Below, one piece after another: positions 33,530 through 45,346 of a DNA stretch of 45,346 nucleotides; the stretch's first letter is position 1, and every line of letters starts with the position of its first letter. Made by a program: the position numbers and the translations under genes. The DNA is from Octopus bimaculoides. Lineage: Eukaryota. A model generated the notes under the pieces. The model was not told the origin of the DNA, made no database searches, and worked only from the letters and a program-made list of their open reading frames with translations. The stretch covers positions 85,175,375 through 85,220,720 of the forward strand of contig NC_068983.1 of assembly GCF_001194135.2 (NCBI RefSeq). Reading direction: 5' to 3'.

Positions 33530-34715
33530 ATTGTAAAATTACTTATCATTTATTATTTAACCAATAATATTTCAATCAAATATTCAGTGCGTGTCCGTTC
33601 AGTAATGGCCACCTGACCGATAAACCACATAAAATCTTTCATTTTATTTAATTGTCTATGTCGTTATGACATGATATAACATGGTGCCAGAATAAAGTAA
33701 CTTCCATAAAGGAAAGGTGCACCCGCAAAAATGAATATTTATTCTCTCTTTTAATTATATTTGTTTTGCTGAACTCCATTTTTATTAATTCCATTACCCT
33801 TGTAGTAACGCCGTGAGCATGCGTAGTCTCACGCATGCGTGGAATTCAACAACCAAGCTTTCCCGCTTTGATCGATCTCTTTCTTGCTGGCCAGCGATTG
33901 AGCAAGGACGTGTCTAGCTCGCTCCATCTCTCGAACTCACGCTAGACAGCTCACATCAATATACCAACGTCCCAACAACCATGTTCTCACACACCGAAGA
34001 CGTCTCAACAAACAAGATTAAAGATGTATATTTTCCACCATGAATAAATATTGTTTGTGTTGATAGTTTGGAGTTCAGCGTTCCGTTCAATTCTCAATTT
34101 AATATAGGAAAGTCAGGTGTACATCTAATGATGTATAACCCACTTTCCTATACCCTCTATGCTTTTTAGAGGAAAGAGTAGGCCTTCAGAGGATGAGTTT
34201 GAAGCCATCGAAATACCAGAGCTTTGAAGGAAGTTTAGACGAAAATTACAAGGTCTTGGGGAAAATATGAACAATGTGACTTCTATTCATTGCCGTAGGA
34301 GTCAAGGAAAAGTACGAAAAAAATCCAAGTTATAACTTATCTCTTCATTGTCAGATCCCAAACACAATTCTTTTGAATTTGAAGACCTAGACGATGAAAA
34401 TAAAATCATCACTGTTAAAACGAAGTTCCAGGAGTACTGTCAGCTAATGTTCGACTGAAGAGTTACCGTCAGCACACTATCCAAACAGATTTAACTTAAA
34501 TGCTCAGGCAACAACAAAGTTGTGAAACGAATGTTTCAAATTACTTTTATTAAAAAGACTTGAGGTAAACTCTGGGAACTCATCACTAGATTCCCCTGGT
34601 CTGTGTTAATGCCTTGGAAGCTTATCTAGTCATTGCTCAACTTAAGTCAAAACCAGATGCTATACCAGTCATACACCCATCGCGAAGAATTCCTCGCGCT
34701 ATTCCTGATAAAGTG
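33530..34715 (+). mobile_element. Gypsy 5' half: LTR end, PBS, leader, gag and RT N-terminus
   Basis: ...ataaca|tggtgccagaa (33682-33692, tRNA-Leu-like PBS); gag-like MSLKPSKYQSFEGSLDENY (34193) and VKTKFQEYCQ; KPDAIPVIHPSRRIPRAIPDKV. Confidence 0.7.
33801..34152 (+). mobile_element. Solo LTR (352 bp), copy 2 of the 29522 family
   Basis: Same termini TGTAGTAAC...TTCCTATA; TSD ccct at 33797-33800 and 34153-34156. Confidence 0.9.
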
Positions 34716-36499
34716 ACCATGAGAACTTCCACTCTTCTCTCCTTCAAATCGGCAGTCAGCTGCCGAAGTAAGTATCCACTATGCACACACTTTCCGATAC
34801 CTAATGTCTTCCAGCATCATTTGTGTTAGAGACCGCAGTTGGTGATCTCCTTCTGCATGGTTTATCTGCTGATTTTTCCCTTCTTAAAACTTCACCCATC
34901 TGACATCTTCGTAAAAAACTTGTATGGTGACATCTTCGTAAAAAAACCTGTAGTTTTCTGTGGACAGCCTGCACCTCTCCCTTATCAAGAACTCAATAGC
35001 ACCATGTTGCTTCTGCTTGGAATCTATTGTCTACAATGAAGAACAAGAAGATTTACTTGAGAGGAAAAGTTACTAAACCAACGTACAATTTGAACGTTTT
35101 ATGTCACTCAATAAAACAAGTTATGTCCAAATTTGCTTTGCTTTCTGGACAACACTTGTAGTTTACAGCTTCACAGCTAGCAGGGCTTCTGAAAGAAATT
35201 TTACAAAACTGCTTTGGTATCTCCGAAGTGGGCGATCTCAATATTAAAGAGGACTGTGAATTTCTTTTGTTTGTTTTTTAAGAAGGGACTCATCAGTTAA
35301 TTCGCGGGCACCTCCTTAGTTCTCTAGACTCCGGATCAACGTAGCGAGTGACCAGTCATCAAGCATCTTCAGGTCTTGTTTTTATAGTATATTTCCAACA
35401 GCATATTTTTATTCTTTGTTTCTCTAATATTTTAAAGAGAAGGTGATAGAGTGACAGATTCATAAATTTATTCTCTTAACAATGTTTCTACTCCGACAAA
35501 TAATCTTGTACTATTTCGCATATACGGTGAAGCCGATAATCTGTTGATGAGATCGCAATAAAACCGAAACATAGCCAGTTTTGTCTCCAATACTTCTGAA
35601 AATGATTTAAAAAAATATTAATTAATGACTTATACTGCACCAGTCTTATTCTGCTTTCCTTATGACCTTATGTTCTGAGATAAAAGCTACTCAATTTTTA
35701 GTTTTCTCTTAAATTGAAATAAAATAAAGTATTTGCTACATATTTTCAACAATTCTCTGTATTGATCGAAACTAAATCTCTGTGCACCAAATAAATAGAA
35801 TATACTTTGTTTGATAGGTTTTCAATATGCTAGCAGTTGCGTAGTCGAAACTTTCACTTGGGATTCCGATTAAAGAAAACGTCAGTTTCCCATACAAAAT
35901 AAATTAGATAAAATGTATTCACATTGTATGCGTACATTCCTTCTGCATATAGGATGATTTTCTTGAAGATTTAGCTGGTTTTGTTGTTGTCATCTTGTAT
36001 TCTTATTAAGTTGATGATAAAATTGTAATGTAGATAGAGCGTCTTGAAAGTATTACGTGAACAAATGTGATATATATTACTAATATAATCAAATTATAGT
36101 TATCAAACAATTGTATGTTACTAATATAGTCAATTAAACTATATTGTGGTCAGACTGTGATTTATTAGTCTATAGCAGTAATATCACTATAGATGGGTGA
36201 TAGCACCCCTTTAGGTGCTTTGTGAACTTACAAGGAGGTAGTATGTGTTTCGGAAGGGGTCATGATTTTTCTTAGAAACAGAATATTTTAGCCAGATACA
36301 ATACTCGCATTTTAAGCACATTAATAAAATCTGGGTTGGGATTAAAATATGAATACAACATTCTGTTATTATTAGTAAGTAGAAACAAGGCTGAGTATGA
36401 GCCGATGTCTAATATAATTTCATTATTTAAGTTCGCATCTTTTTTTAGTGATTTCCATTGCAATTGAACATAGTGCATACAAATATCTTTAAAAAAAAA

Positions 36500-37745
36500 A
36501 GCACGTGCTGGATGGGATAATGTAAGAATATATGAATGATAAACAACTGCACTAAACTTCTATTTGGTTCAAATCATCTTTTTCCCACAAAACAAAAGAA
36601 GAGGCGTTTGTAAAACGCTGTTTGGTGAAAGAGTGCGTTGAATTATAAACCACCGAAAACTACTACTCTATTTAGTATTGGCAGAGATTTTGGTTATCGA
36701 ATTTCTGTATTTTAACGTGTATAAGGAACCCTTTTTTTTCAAAAACTAGGTTTAAAAAATATGGGAATTTCTTATACGAGGTGCATTTGAAAATACAAAA
36801 CAGGCAGAATAGAAATCAAGAACAAACAGGTCAGAAATCAGGAGATAAACCCATGTTTTGCATGTGGAGGTCTACACTTGAGAAAAAACTGTCTATTTAA
36901 GAAAGCAGAATGTTTCCGTTGTGGCAATATTGGACATGTAAACACGTACTGTAAAACCAAGAATGTTGGAACAAAGAAAAAAGTATAAAGATGTTGTCAA
37001 AAGAAAATAGTAATGTGACAAAGAGGAAATTTGTAAATGTGAAAATTAAAAATATAAGAGTAAAAACGCAGTTAGATACTGAAAGTGATATTACCACTGC
37101 GAATGAGGAAACTTGGAAGTATATTGGTAAGCCAAAATTAAGTAAATCTACAAAAGTATCACATGGTGTATGGATAAAATTATTGTATTTTGTAGGCAAA
37201 TTTGTGTGTAATGTGACATTCCATGACCAAATGAAAATAGCAAAAAGTATATGCGTTAAAAAATTTAGTTAATCTATTCGGCACACAGTGGATGGAACTG
37301 TTCGAATTATGGAATATGCCCATAAGTGTTTTGTGTGTGTATATAGTTGGTTCAGTTGAGGGTTCAAATGCAACTGAGGGATTGAAATGAAAAATAAAAC
37401 ATTTATTTCCAGATATTTTCTCGGATGAACTGGGCTACTGCATGAATACAAAGGCATAAATTGTAGTAAAACAAAATGCAACACCTGTATTTAAGCCAAA
37501 ACAGAATGTACCGTTCGCGGTGCTAAAACAGATAAATAAGGAACTTGAAAGCCTAGGAATAATTGAGACTGGGCAGCACCTACGGTCTACATAAAAAAGA
37601 GAACTAATAAGTTAAGAGTTTGTGCAGATTTTTCAATGGGGTTGAATGATTGCTTAAATCTCACATAACTACCCATTGCTGAGTCAGGAAGTGTTCACAA
37701 GATTAAATGGAGGGAAATTCTTCTCAAAATTAGACCTCGTACATG
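36500..37745 (+). mobile_element. Second Gypsy family: decayed gag, protease and RT start
   Basis: Zinc knuckle CFRCGNIGHVNTYC (about 36910-36952); protease VKTQLDTESDIT; FPDIFSDELG, WAAPTVYIKK, LRVCADFS, FFSKLDL. The 5' boundary is approximate. Confidence 0.8.
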
Positions 37746-39159
37746 GATAGTGTTATAATCCCTTGCAAAACCTTTTTTCCCATAAAAACATTTGGGAATC
37801 ATAAAGTTATTACTCTGCCAGATTATTGATTTCATTTGATAAAAATAAGTATAAATTTAGTTATAATATTGCCTTTTCAAAACAAAACAAAAAAATCACA
37901 TGTAAGTAGTATACTCGACAGTGAATCGAAACTGAGTCACTGATGGGGATGACAGATGCTTACTTCTATACTACACACCGCTAAAACTCGAACAAAAGTT
38001 AGATCAAACTTTCTACAATCAATAGTTAAGTTCATATGTGTGGGCGCGCGCGTGTGTGTTCACTAAATATGGTGGAGTGTTTGACTATTTTCTACAACCG
38101 AACCTGTTTTTAGCGAAACAAAATCTAAACCGATATACAGAAATAAGGTTGGTGATATTTGTAACTTCGCAGAAGAACTAATTTAGAACATGCCCTCCGA
38201 TTGTCTGAGTAATAAATACTAAGAACTAAACATAGCTGTCGCCTTTTATAATGACTGTAAATCTGTCATGTCTAACACAATAGAACAAACTTGAGAATAC
38301 GCATTTGTTCGTTTGCTTTCCACAAATAAAAGAATTGAATTATTCTTGCAGAGTCTGTGAGGCTACTACAACTAGTTTTGGTCCGTGTCCACAACAAAGA
38401 AGCTTTCATGCCTCCCGAAGGTATATTCCAACTGAACACAAGCTTTTACAATCTATCACTAATCTGATAATAATCTCAAGTTTATATGTTTTTCATGGAA
38501 ATAGATGAGGTTACTGGAAATCTTTTTGGTGGGCAGTAGATGTAGCAGGCTAGCTCTGTTTCTTTATTGCAATGTATACCAAAATGAAGCTATTGTTGTC
38601 TTAAATTCAAAACGTTATTATTTTTTCCTTTGAATATCAATGATGTAAACAAAATTCTCAAGACAGGAAAATATTTCAATGAAAATACGATGTTTAGCAT
38701 ATTCAGGAAGCAATACAATAAATGAACAATGTGCTATTTATTTTTTGCTTTATGTACACACATACACTAATATATATATATATATATTCAGATATCTAAT
38801 GATTTTGTGTGTGTTAATAAAAATATTTCTTATATTATATGCTCATTGTTAGTTTTAAAACATGCAAGTGCTCAATACGCCCTTGTATTAGAACTGATTG
38901 TGTACATGGAATCCAGGATTGCAAAACTCAGACCTAAAAAATGGAGTGGGGGGATTCGTGCATCCAATCTCGTTTGGTAGAGAGAAAGAAATAATGGATA
39001 ATAGGTAAAAGTTTTAAACGGTAACCGACATCGTAACCGGTTGACATGGACCATGGCCATGGTGAAAAAATATTATGCATCGGGATGGTTTCCCTTCAAT
39101 CAACCACGAAAGGAATTGAATTCGTGGTGAAAGGTTGAAGTGAACTGTGTTTTACTGTT

Positions 39160-39880
39160 AATATGTGTAGAGTCGGGCAGTCGAATGATATGCAATGTCT
39201 ACATAAGACAGAAGTTGCGGGTTCCATTTCTAAGCGTTCGTACTTTCTCCAGGTTAATGTGATATTTGTGTTTCTCCTTTCATCTTTCTATATCCAAATA
39301 AATTTAAAGAGTGCTGAGTTGTTTTCAAAAGTTTCAGGGTCTCGGGGCTGTATTCAAGAGTGAAGAGAAGCAGGTAGCTGAAATAGATGCTAGAATCGCA
39401 GGTACTGGCACAGTAATGCGCCAGCTCCAACATTCGATCCTCAGAAGAAGAGAGATTGGTAAGAAAGATGCCTATCCTATGGTAATGAATGTTGGGTATG
39501 ATCGCGTATACAAGCGACAAAAATGGGGTTCTTTCGAAGTATCTCTGGAGAGAAGTTACTCGACATGGTGCTAAGCTCAGAGATGAAGGATTCTCTCCAG
39601 GTCGAGCCGCTACTTCTCTGCATTGAGAGGTTACAGCTCTGGTGTTAAGGATACGATTAGAATGTCACAGGAAATAATCACAAGACAAATTCTTCAAGCC
39701 GAGTCAACCAGCAGAATACCTAGGGATAGACCAAGAACGAAATGATTGGATAATATCCATAGTATTAGTTGGTCATGTTTGGGACTCCAGCCAGAAAGTT
39801 TAATGACGGTTGTTTCTAATAGGACCCAATGGAGGAGAATTCTACCAACACGACCTAGGAATAGGAGTGGGGAGAAGAAT
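39160..39880 (+). mobile_element. RTE-clade LINE, 3' fragment
   Basis: LGAVFKSE..EIDARIAGTGTVMRQL, YGNECW, SRIQATKMGFFR, QVEPLLLCIER, RIPRDRPRTK. Confidence 0.85.
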
Positions 39881-40969
39881 TGATGGATGTGTTGTTTTCT
39901 AAGTTGTAATAAAGAAGCCGTTGTAATGTTGCAGATCGTGTTTTTATGTTTTCTCTGCGAGTCCTGTATAACTGGACGATGCGTGTATTTATAGAGACAC
40001 CAGCATTACACATCATCCCTTTTTTAAGGTGTTTCTCTTCAAGGAAACAGAATTCCACACTCTGACGTCAATCTTTTTATTCTTCATTCGTAATACTTTT
40101 ACCCTGTGTTGCTTTTTAACATTTGAAATATTCTGAAACTAGTTTAAAAGGAAATGATTTTGTTGACAAACGGTTAAATTCGCCGTTCGGCACTTATAAA
40201 TCTCAGTCGTCAGTCTCCAATTAAGATGATGAGCTCTGTCCATTTCCCTCCACATATCAACAAATAATAAAATAATTTATTACTAATTTTTTTCATTTTC
40301 TAACGACTCGCAACCTCCCTTTCTGTCTCTGCTTTTCAGAATCTCGTGCACACAATAGCAAACATCTTGGAAACTCTTTCACATCCTCTTTATCAAGTTT
40401 AGTTATTTGTCCCCCGTTCTGCAATAAAAATAATGATCTTGTCTATTGTATTATCAATTCGTTGGTCCCTGTCCAGCTTAGTAACCTATATTAAATATTC
40501 CTCTTCAAAAGGTTAAAGAAAAAACGTTTTAGTAGACAAGGGTACCTTAATATTTTAAGAAAATACTTTTCAATATTTTACGAGAGGCCAGCATAGTGGG
40601 ATAGCGATAAACTATCGACAAGATAATAAATTTGTAACAGAAATACCTATTTCTACTTAATTTATATTACTAACATCTTTACACAAGACACAAATAAAGG
40701 CTCCAATTTTATTTTTCGTTGTCTGATAAATTCATTATGGACAATTAACTACATTGCCAGTAATTTCACGGGTTTGTTACTTTCCTCACAAACTAATTAC
40801 ATCACAACCAATACATAGTTGGTTAATTCATTTGTCATTCTTTTTATTCGCAGAGTAAATACATCGCTTAACATCATTTACTTTTATTTGGAGTAAATAT
40901 GTCGGCTTTTGTTTATAATGAAACTAAAATTAATAGACACAAAAATTATTGATATTGAATCTACACGCA

Positions 40970-41145
40970 AAATGCATAGCAGCATTTCATCTTTCTTTAT
41001 GGTCTGAGTTCAAATCCCGGAGAAGTCGATTTTGCCTCTCATCCTTTCGAAGTCGATAAAATAAGTACCAGATGAGCACTGAGGTCAATGTAATCGACTT
41101 ACCCCCTTCCCCTAAATTGCTGGCCAACATTTGAAGCCAATATTA
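40970..41145 (+). mobile_element. SINE family A, 5'-truncated
   Basis: ctgagttcaaatccc...gtcgataaaataagtacca...tgtaatcgactta...acatttgaagcc. Confidence 0.8.
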
Positions 41146-41989
41146 AATCCACACAATATGTATATGAATAACAAATCAAAATTACTTTTAACAATTGAAT
41201 CACACACACACACAAACACAAACACACACACACACACACACACAAAGGTAGTTAGAAGACAACACTATTTTAAATCAGAGGAAGAAAGATACGTTTTAAA
41301 AAGACAATAACAAATGAGCAATGCCTCTTAAATAATTCAGCATTTCACCATTTTGATCATTATTGACAATGCGTTGAATTCACACTGCGCTATCTTAATA
41401 TTTCTTTGTTTTGTGACGAGGAATAGCAGCTGCGACGATGTAACTGTTTGATTATTAATTTGCATTTTTCATCCCCTTTTTCAAAACTGATTGTTCATTT
41501 TACAGGATTTCTAAAAATTAGCTGGCTGCAGGACGGAATTCTTCGTCTTTAAATTTCTTTTTCATTGTAACCGAAATACGAATAAAAACTTTAGATGACG
41601 TTTAACGATATATTTACCCTGATGATAAAAAGTATGACGAAGAATTTACTGACAATGTATTGGCTCAAATGTAAATAACTTGCGATGAAGTTACCAGGCA
41701 ATGAAATTATACGGGATGCATTTACTGCGATGTAATTACCTACGATGATTTAATAGCAACATTCGCTTTCCTTTAAAATTTATTGAACAAAACTGCTACT
41801 GAAATTTAATTAACCATGAGTATCAGGTGCTAGTATAGTATGTGGTCTACTCCTTTGTCAAACAGTATAGCCAGGGTTATCTACCTTAAAAACTACTCGT
41901 TATCACCTCACCTTTCCACTTGCGGTTTACCTTACATTGAAATGTTGCTGAAAGATTTTTATACACGTGTCATCTTGACAGAGGAAACA

Positions 41990-44040
41990 GCAGTCACGTT
42001 TTTAAAAGATACACAAGAAGCATGTTGACATGGAGAAGACGATACAAACTGCCGGTTTGCTCACCCGGGATCCCGCCAAAACTACAGGGGCCTTAAGGAG
42101 AAATACTTCCCTAAGGAAAGGCACCAATCGCCCCCCAAAGAAAAAATATGCAAAAGCAGTGCGCTCTTCAGATGTTATGCGCAAAGCAGCAGCTGAGCAA
42201 GAGTCTTTTTTGTGCATGGCGCAAAAGATTGTGCAGTAGATGACCTGGCTATATCAAGTGCAAACAAGGAACCTTGCCCACCATCGTGCAAGACCACCAC
42301 AATCAACAGACACGGGATGGCCTCCCCTAACGCCTGCACTGTCGTCACGCCAATATTTTTACTAAATATTGGTGGGGGGCGGGCTGTTGCATCATAACAA
42401 CAAAAGCAAATTTTTTTTCCTGAAAGACCTTGCTGCATGCAATCAAGCCCTGTGCATAGCACTCGTGGAAACTCATCCGAGCCCTGATATAGAGGATGCA
42501 GAAGTACACGTACCAAAATGTACCATACTGCGAACAGACAGAAGGGAAAGTAGCCATGGTGGAGTTGCTGTATACATCCATGATGACCTTACACTCCAAG
42601 TCTTACTATCATACTCAAATTCAGTATGTGACACTCTAATTGTATGCATAAAACGACACAATATAGTCATATGCAATACATATCGCCCACCGGATGCTCC
42701 AAACTACATAGGCAAGTTTGAAGATTACCTCACAAGAATTAAAGAAATCCTCATGAAACTGGATCACCACGTGAGCGTATTTCTTGTGGGTGATTTCAAC
42801 TTCTCGAATGTCAAATGGCCCGAAGGCCTCTTGCTCTCAGGTATGACTCATTGCAAACAAGCACAGGTGGAGTCCCTGCTCAACCTCACCAATGCTCTAT
42901 TCATGGAGCAAGTTGTATTCAGACCAACTAGGACGAATATCATTTTGGATCTCTGCTTCACAAACAGTATGGACATCGTTCATGATGTGAAAGTGACGCT
43001 GACATTAGTCTCGGATCACAACATAATAGGGCTGTCTATGTATGGACCAAAAGTAGCCAGAGACATACAGCCTAAAGGAAGCACCCGAAATCTCTCCAAT
43101 CTGAACTTCCACAAAGCAGACCCTCAGACAGGACTGGCCGGAATGTCTCTCCACACCAGACATTGGCGTGAAACTAGAATATTTCATGTCTGTTATGCAA
43201 ACCATATGCCAGAAATGTGTCCCAGAGCACAAGGCCAACACAAAAAGGAACAAGATTCCAAGGGAGAGGAAGATCCTCATGAGACGACGGACGAAGGCTG
43301 CAAATCGCCTCAATATTCCAAAACCAGTAAAAGGTCCTGCCTAAAAACAACACCGATGGAGTTTGAAAAAAGCCTGCACCAATCCTATGTGAGGAAGAGA
43401 GCAGACAAAGAAGCCTGGGTTATAAAAAACACAAAGTCAAACCCAAAGGCCTTCTTTAATTATGCGAAAGAAACAGCCTCAGTACGCTGCAAGATAGGAC
43501 CCCCTCTTCCAAAAGGATGGCTCCCTCACAGACAGTCCAACCAGGATCAATGAGGTACTGAATGATCAGTTCAAAAGTGTCTTCACCACAGACAAGTGAA
43601 CGAGCCAGTGGATTTCTTTGCCGCCTCACCTATAACCAGCGAGGCAGTTACGATGGAATACATTAGCGAAGAAGGTATACTACTAGCCATAAATGAGGTG
43701 GACGCAAACTCAACTGCTGGTTCTGATGGTTTCCCAGCAATCCTCCTCAAATCGTGTAAGTGTGCTCTGGCAAAACCTCTACAGATTCTCTTCCAGAGCT
43801 TTCTTACAAATGGCAAGCTGAAGGAGGGAATAATAATCCCAATCCATAAAGAGGGAAGCAGAGCAGATGCCAAAAACTTTAGGCCTATCTCTCTGACTGC
43901 ACACATCAGCAAAGTCATGAAACGGATAGTCAGAGGGAAACTAATTGCAATCCTTGAAGAAAACTTGCTGAGTGATACCCAGCATGGCTTTCAACCAGGC
44001 AGGAGCTGCCTGACCCAGCTCTTGCAGCACTACGACTGAA
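41990..44040 (+). mobile_element. CR1/L2-group LINE: ORF1 remnant, APE endonuclease and start of RT; 3' end missing
   Basis: LVETH, RTDR..HGGVAVY, TYRPP, VGDFNF, PTRTNIILDLCFTN, SDHNII; NPKAFFNY; STAGSDGFPAILLK, NFRPISLT, QHGFQPGRSCLTQLL; frameshifts and stops. Confidence 0.92.
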
Positions 44041-44056
44041 TGTTGAGACAAAGATA

Positions 44057-44262
44057 ACCTCAGCGGAATTTGAACTTCAAATATAGAGTCGGAAGAAATA
44101 CTGCAAAGCAACTTTCCAACACCCTAAATATTCTGCCTGCTCGCTACTATCTTTAATTTTGGCATAAGGCCAAATTTTCAAGGCATTGGACTATAGTCGA
44201 TACCTTAGAACTCTGCATTTGATTGGCACTTTATTTTATTGATCCCGAAAGGGTGACCGGCG
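44057..44262 (-). mobile_element. SINE family A fragments at the point where the LINE breaks off
   Basis: cctcagcggaatttgaac..., ttttattgatcccgaaaggg. Confidence 0.6.
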
Positions 44263-45100
44263 ATGATGATAGAGAAGAAAATTAAGGAAAAAGAAGAAAA
44301 ATTAAATTTAGGAAGCTTACAGGACGATGTTGGGGAGAAGGCGAAGGAGGAAGAGAAAATAGTTGGAAAGGATTATAGTGGGTGAAAAAATATTCATTTA
44401 GATGTGTGTGTGTGTGCGTGAGTGTGCGTGGGTGTGCGTGCGTGTGTATACACACACACACACACACATATATATATANNNNNNNNNNNNNNNNNNNNNN
44501 NNNNNNNNNNNNNNNNNNNNNNNNNNNNNNNNNNNNNNNNNNNNNNNNNNNNNNNNNNNNNNNNNNNNNNNNNNNNNNNNNNNNNNNNNNNNNNNNNNNN
44601 NNNNNNNNNNNNNNNNNNNNNNNNNNNNNNNNNNNNNNNNNNNNNNNNNNNNNNNNNNNNNNNNNNNNNNNNNNNNNNNNNNNNNNNNNNNNNNNNNNNN
44701 NNNNNNNNNNNNNNNNNNNNNNNNNNNNNNNNNNNNNNNNNNNNNNNNNNNNNNNNNNNNNNNNNNNNNNNNNNNNNNNNNNNNNNNNNNNNNNNNNNNN
44801 NNNNNNNNNNNNNNNNNNNNNNNNNNNNNNNNNNNNNNNTATATATATAACTATTCAAAATGCTCCATTTGCTACGTCAAGATCCAAGAACAAACAAAAC
44901 TAAAGGACAGACGACTCTAATAAGTATCTAATAACATTTATCAATACCAAAAAGAAGAGAAGAATAAAAGTGACCATCCTGTTGACCAATTATCGATGCG
45001 AAGTTGTTTGCATTAAAATCGTCATCCTCATTATTTTTGCGATATACATTGCAGAGATATTACATACAATTGTGACAACTTGATACCTTAAAATCGGTAA

Positions 45101-45101
45101 G

Positions 45102-45186
<85 letters not shown>

Positions 45187-45300
45187 ACTACAAACCTATC
45201 TATCAAAGTACCGACCTATCTGTTTAACTACCTACCAACTTATCTATCTATCTATCTATTTAACTACCTATCAATCTATCCATCTATCTATTTAACTACA

Positions 45301-45346
<46 letters not shown>
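45101..45346. repeat. (TATC)n tetranucleotide microsatellite, partly degenerate
   Basis: Direct reading. Confidence 0.95.

Noticed and set aside
33801-37745. LTR at 33801 as the 5' LTR of the downstream gag/pol
   Set aside because: It is flanked on both sides by ccct and not followed by a PBS, so it is a solo LTR; the PBS lies upstream at 33682.
43121-43553. Novel C-terminal domain of the 394-aa ORF
   Set aside because: After NLNFHKAD the ORF runs off-frame through decayed LINE linker sequence, returning to NPKAFFNY; this is frameshift noise.

Overview
AT-rich, repeat-dense eukaryotic scaffold with four N gaps. The SINE families and microsatellites resemble octopus/coleoid DNA (inference). 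The only host gene is MED15 (Mediator subunit 15, + strand): 13 phase-consistent coding exons from 4110 to the stop at 20276. Its N-terminal KIX exons are not visible and are presumed upstream of the window. The introns hold a near-complete DD36E-type Tc1 element, MITEs, SINEs and several hairpins, plus a candidate 9-nt microexon (9677-9685). Downstream of MED15 is mostly transposon debris: a HERO-like non-LTR fragment, a three-level nested Gypsy/LTR stack whose 4-bp TSDs can be read directly, and Penelope, RTE and CR1-like fragments. The most notable structure is at 26100-26609. It is a head-to-head palindrome of a tRNA-derived Pol III head fused to a Penelope-type minimal hammerhead ribozyme, bounded by one 12-bp direct repeat (likely TSD). 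This suggests a ribozyme-bearing non-autonomous retroelement that inserts as a fold-back. All calls were made by eye; no database searches were run.
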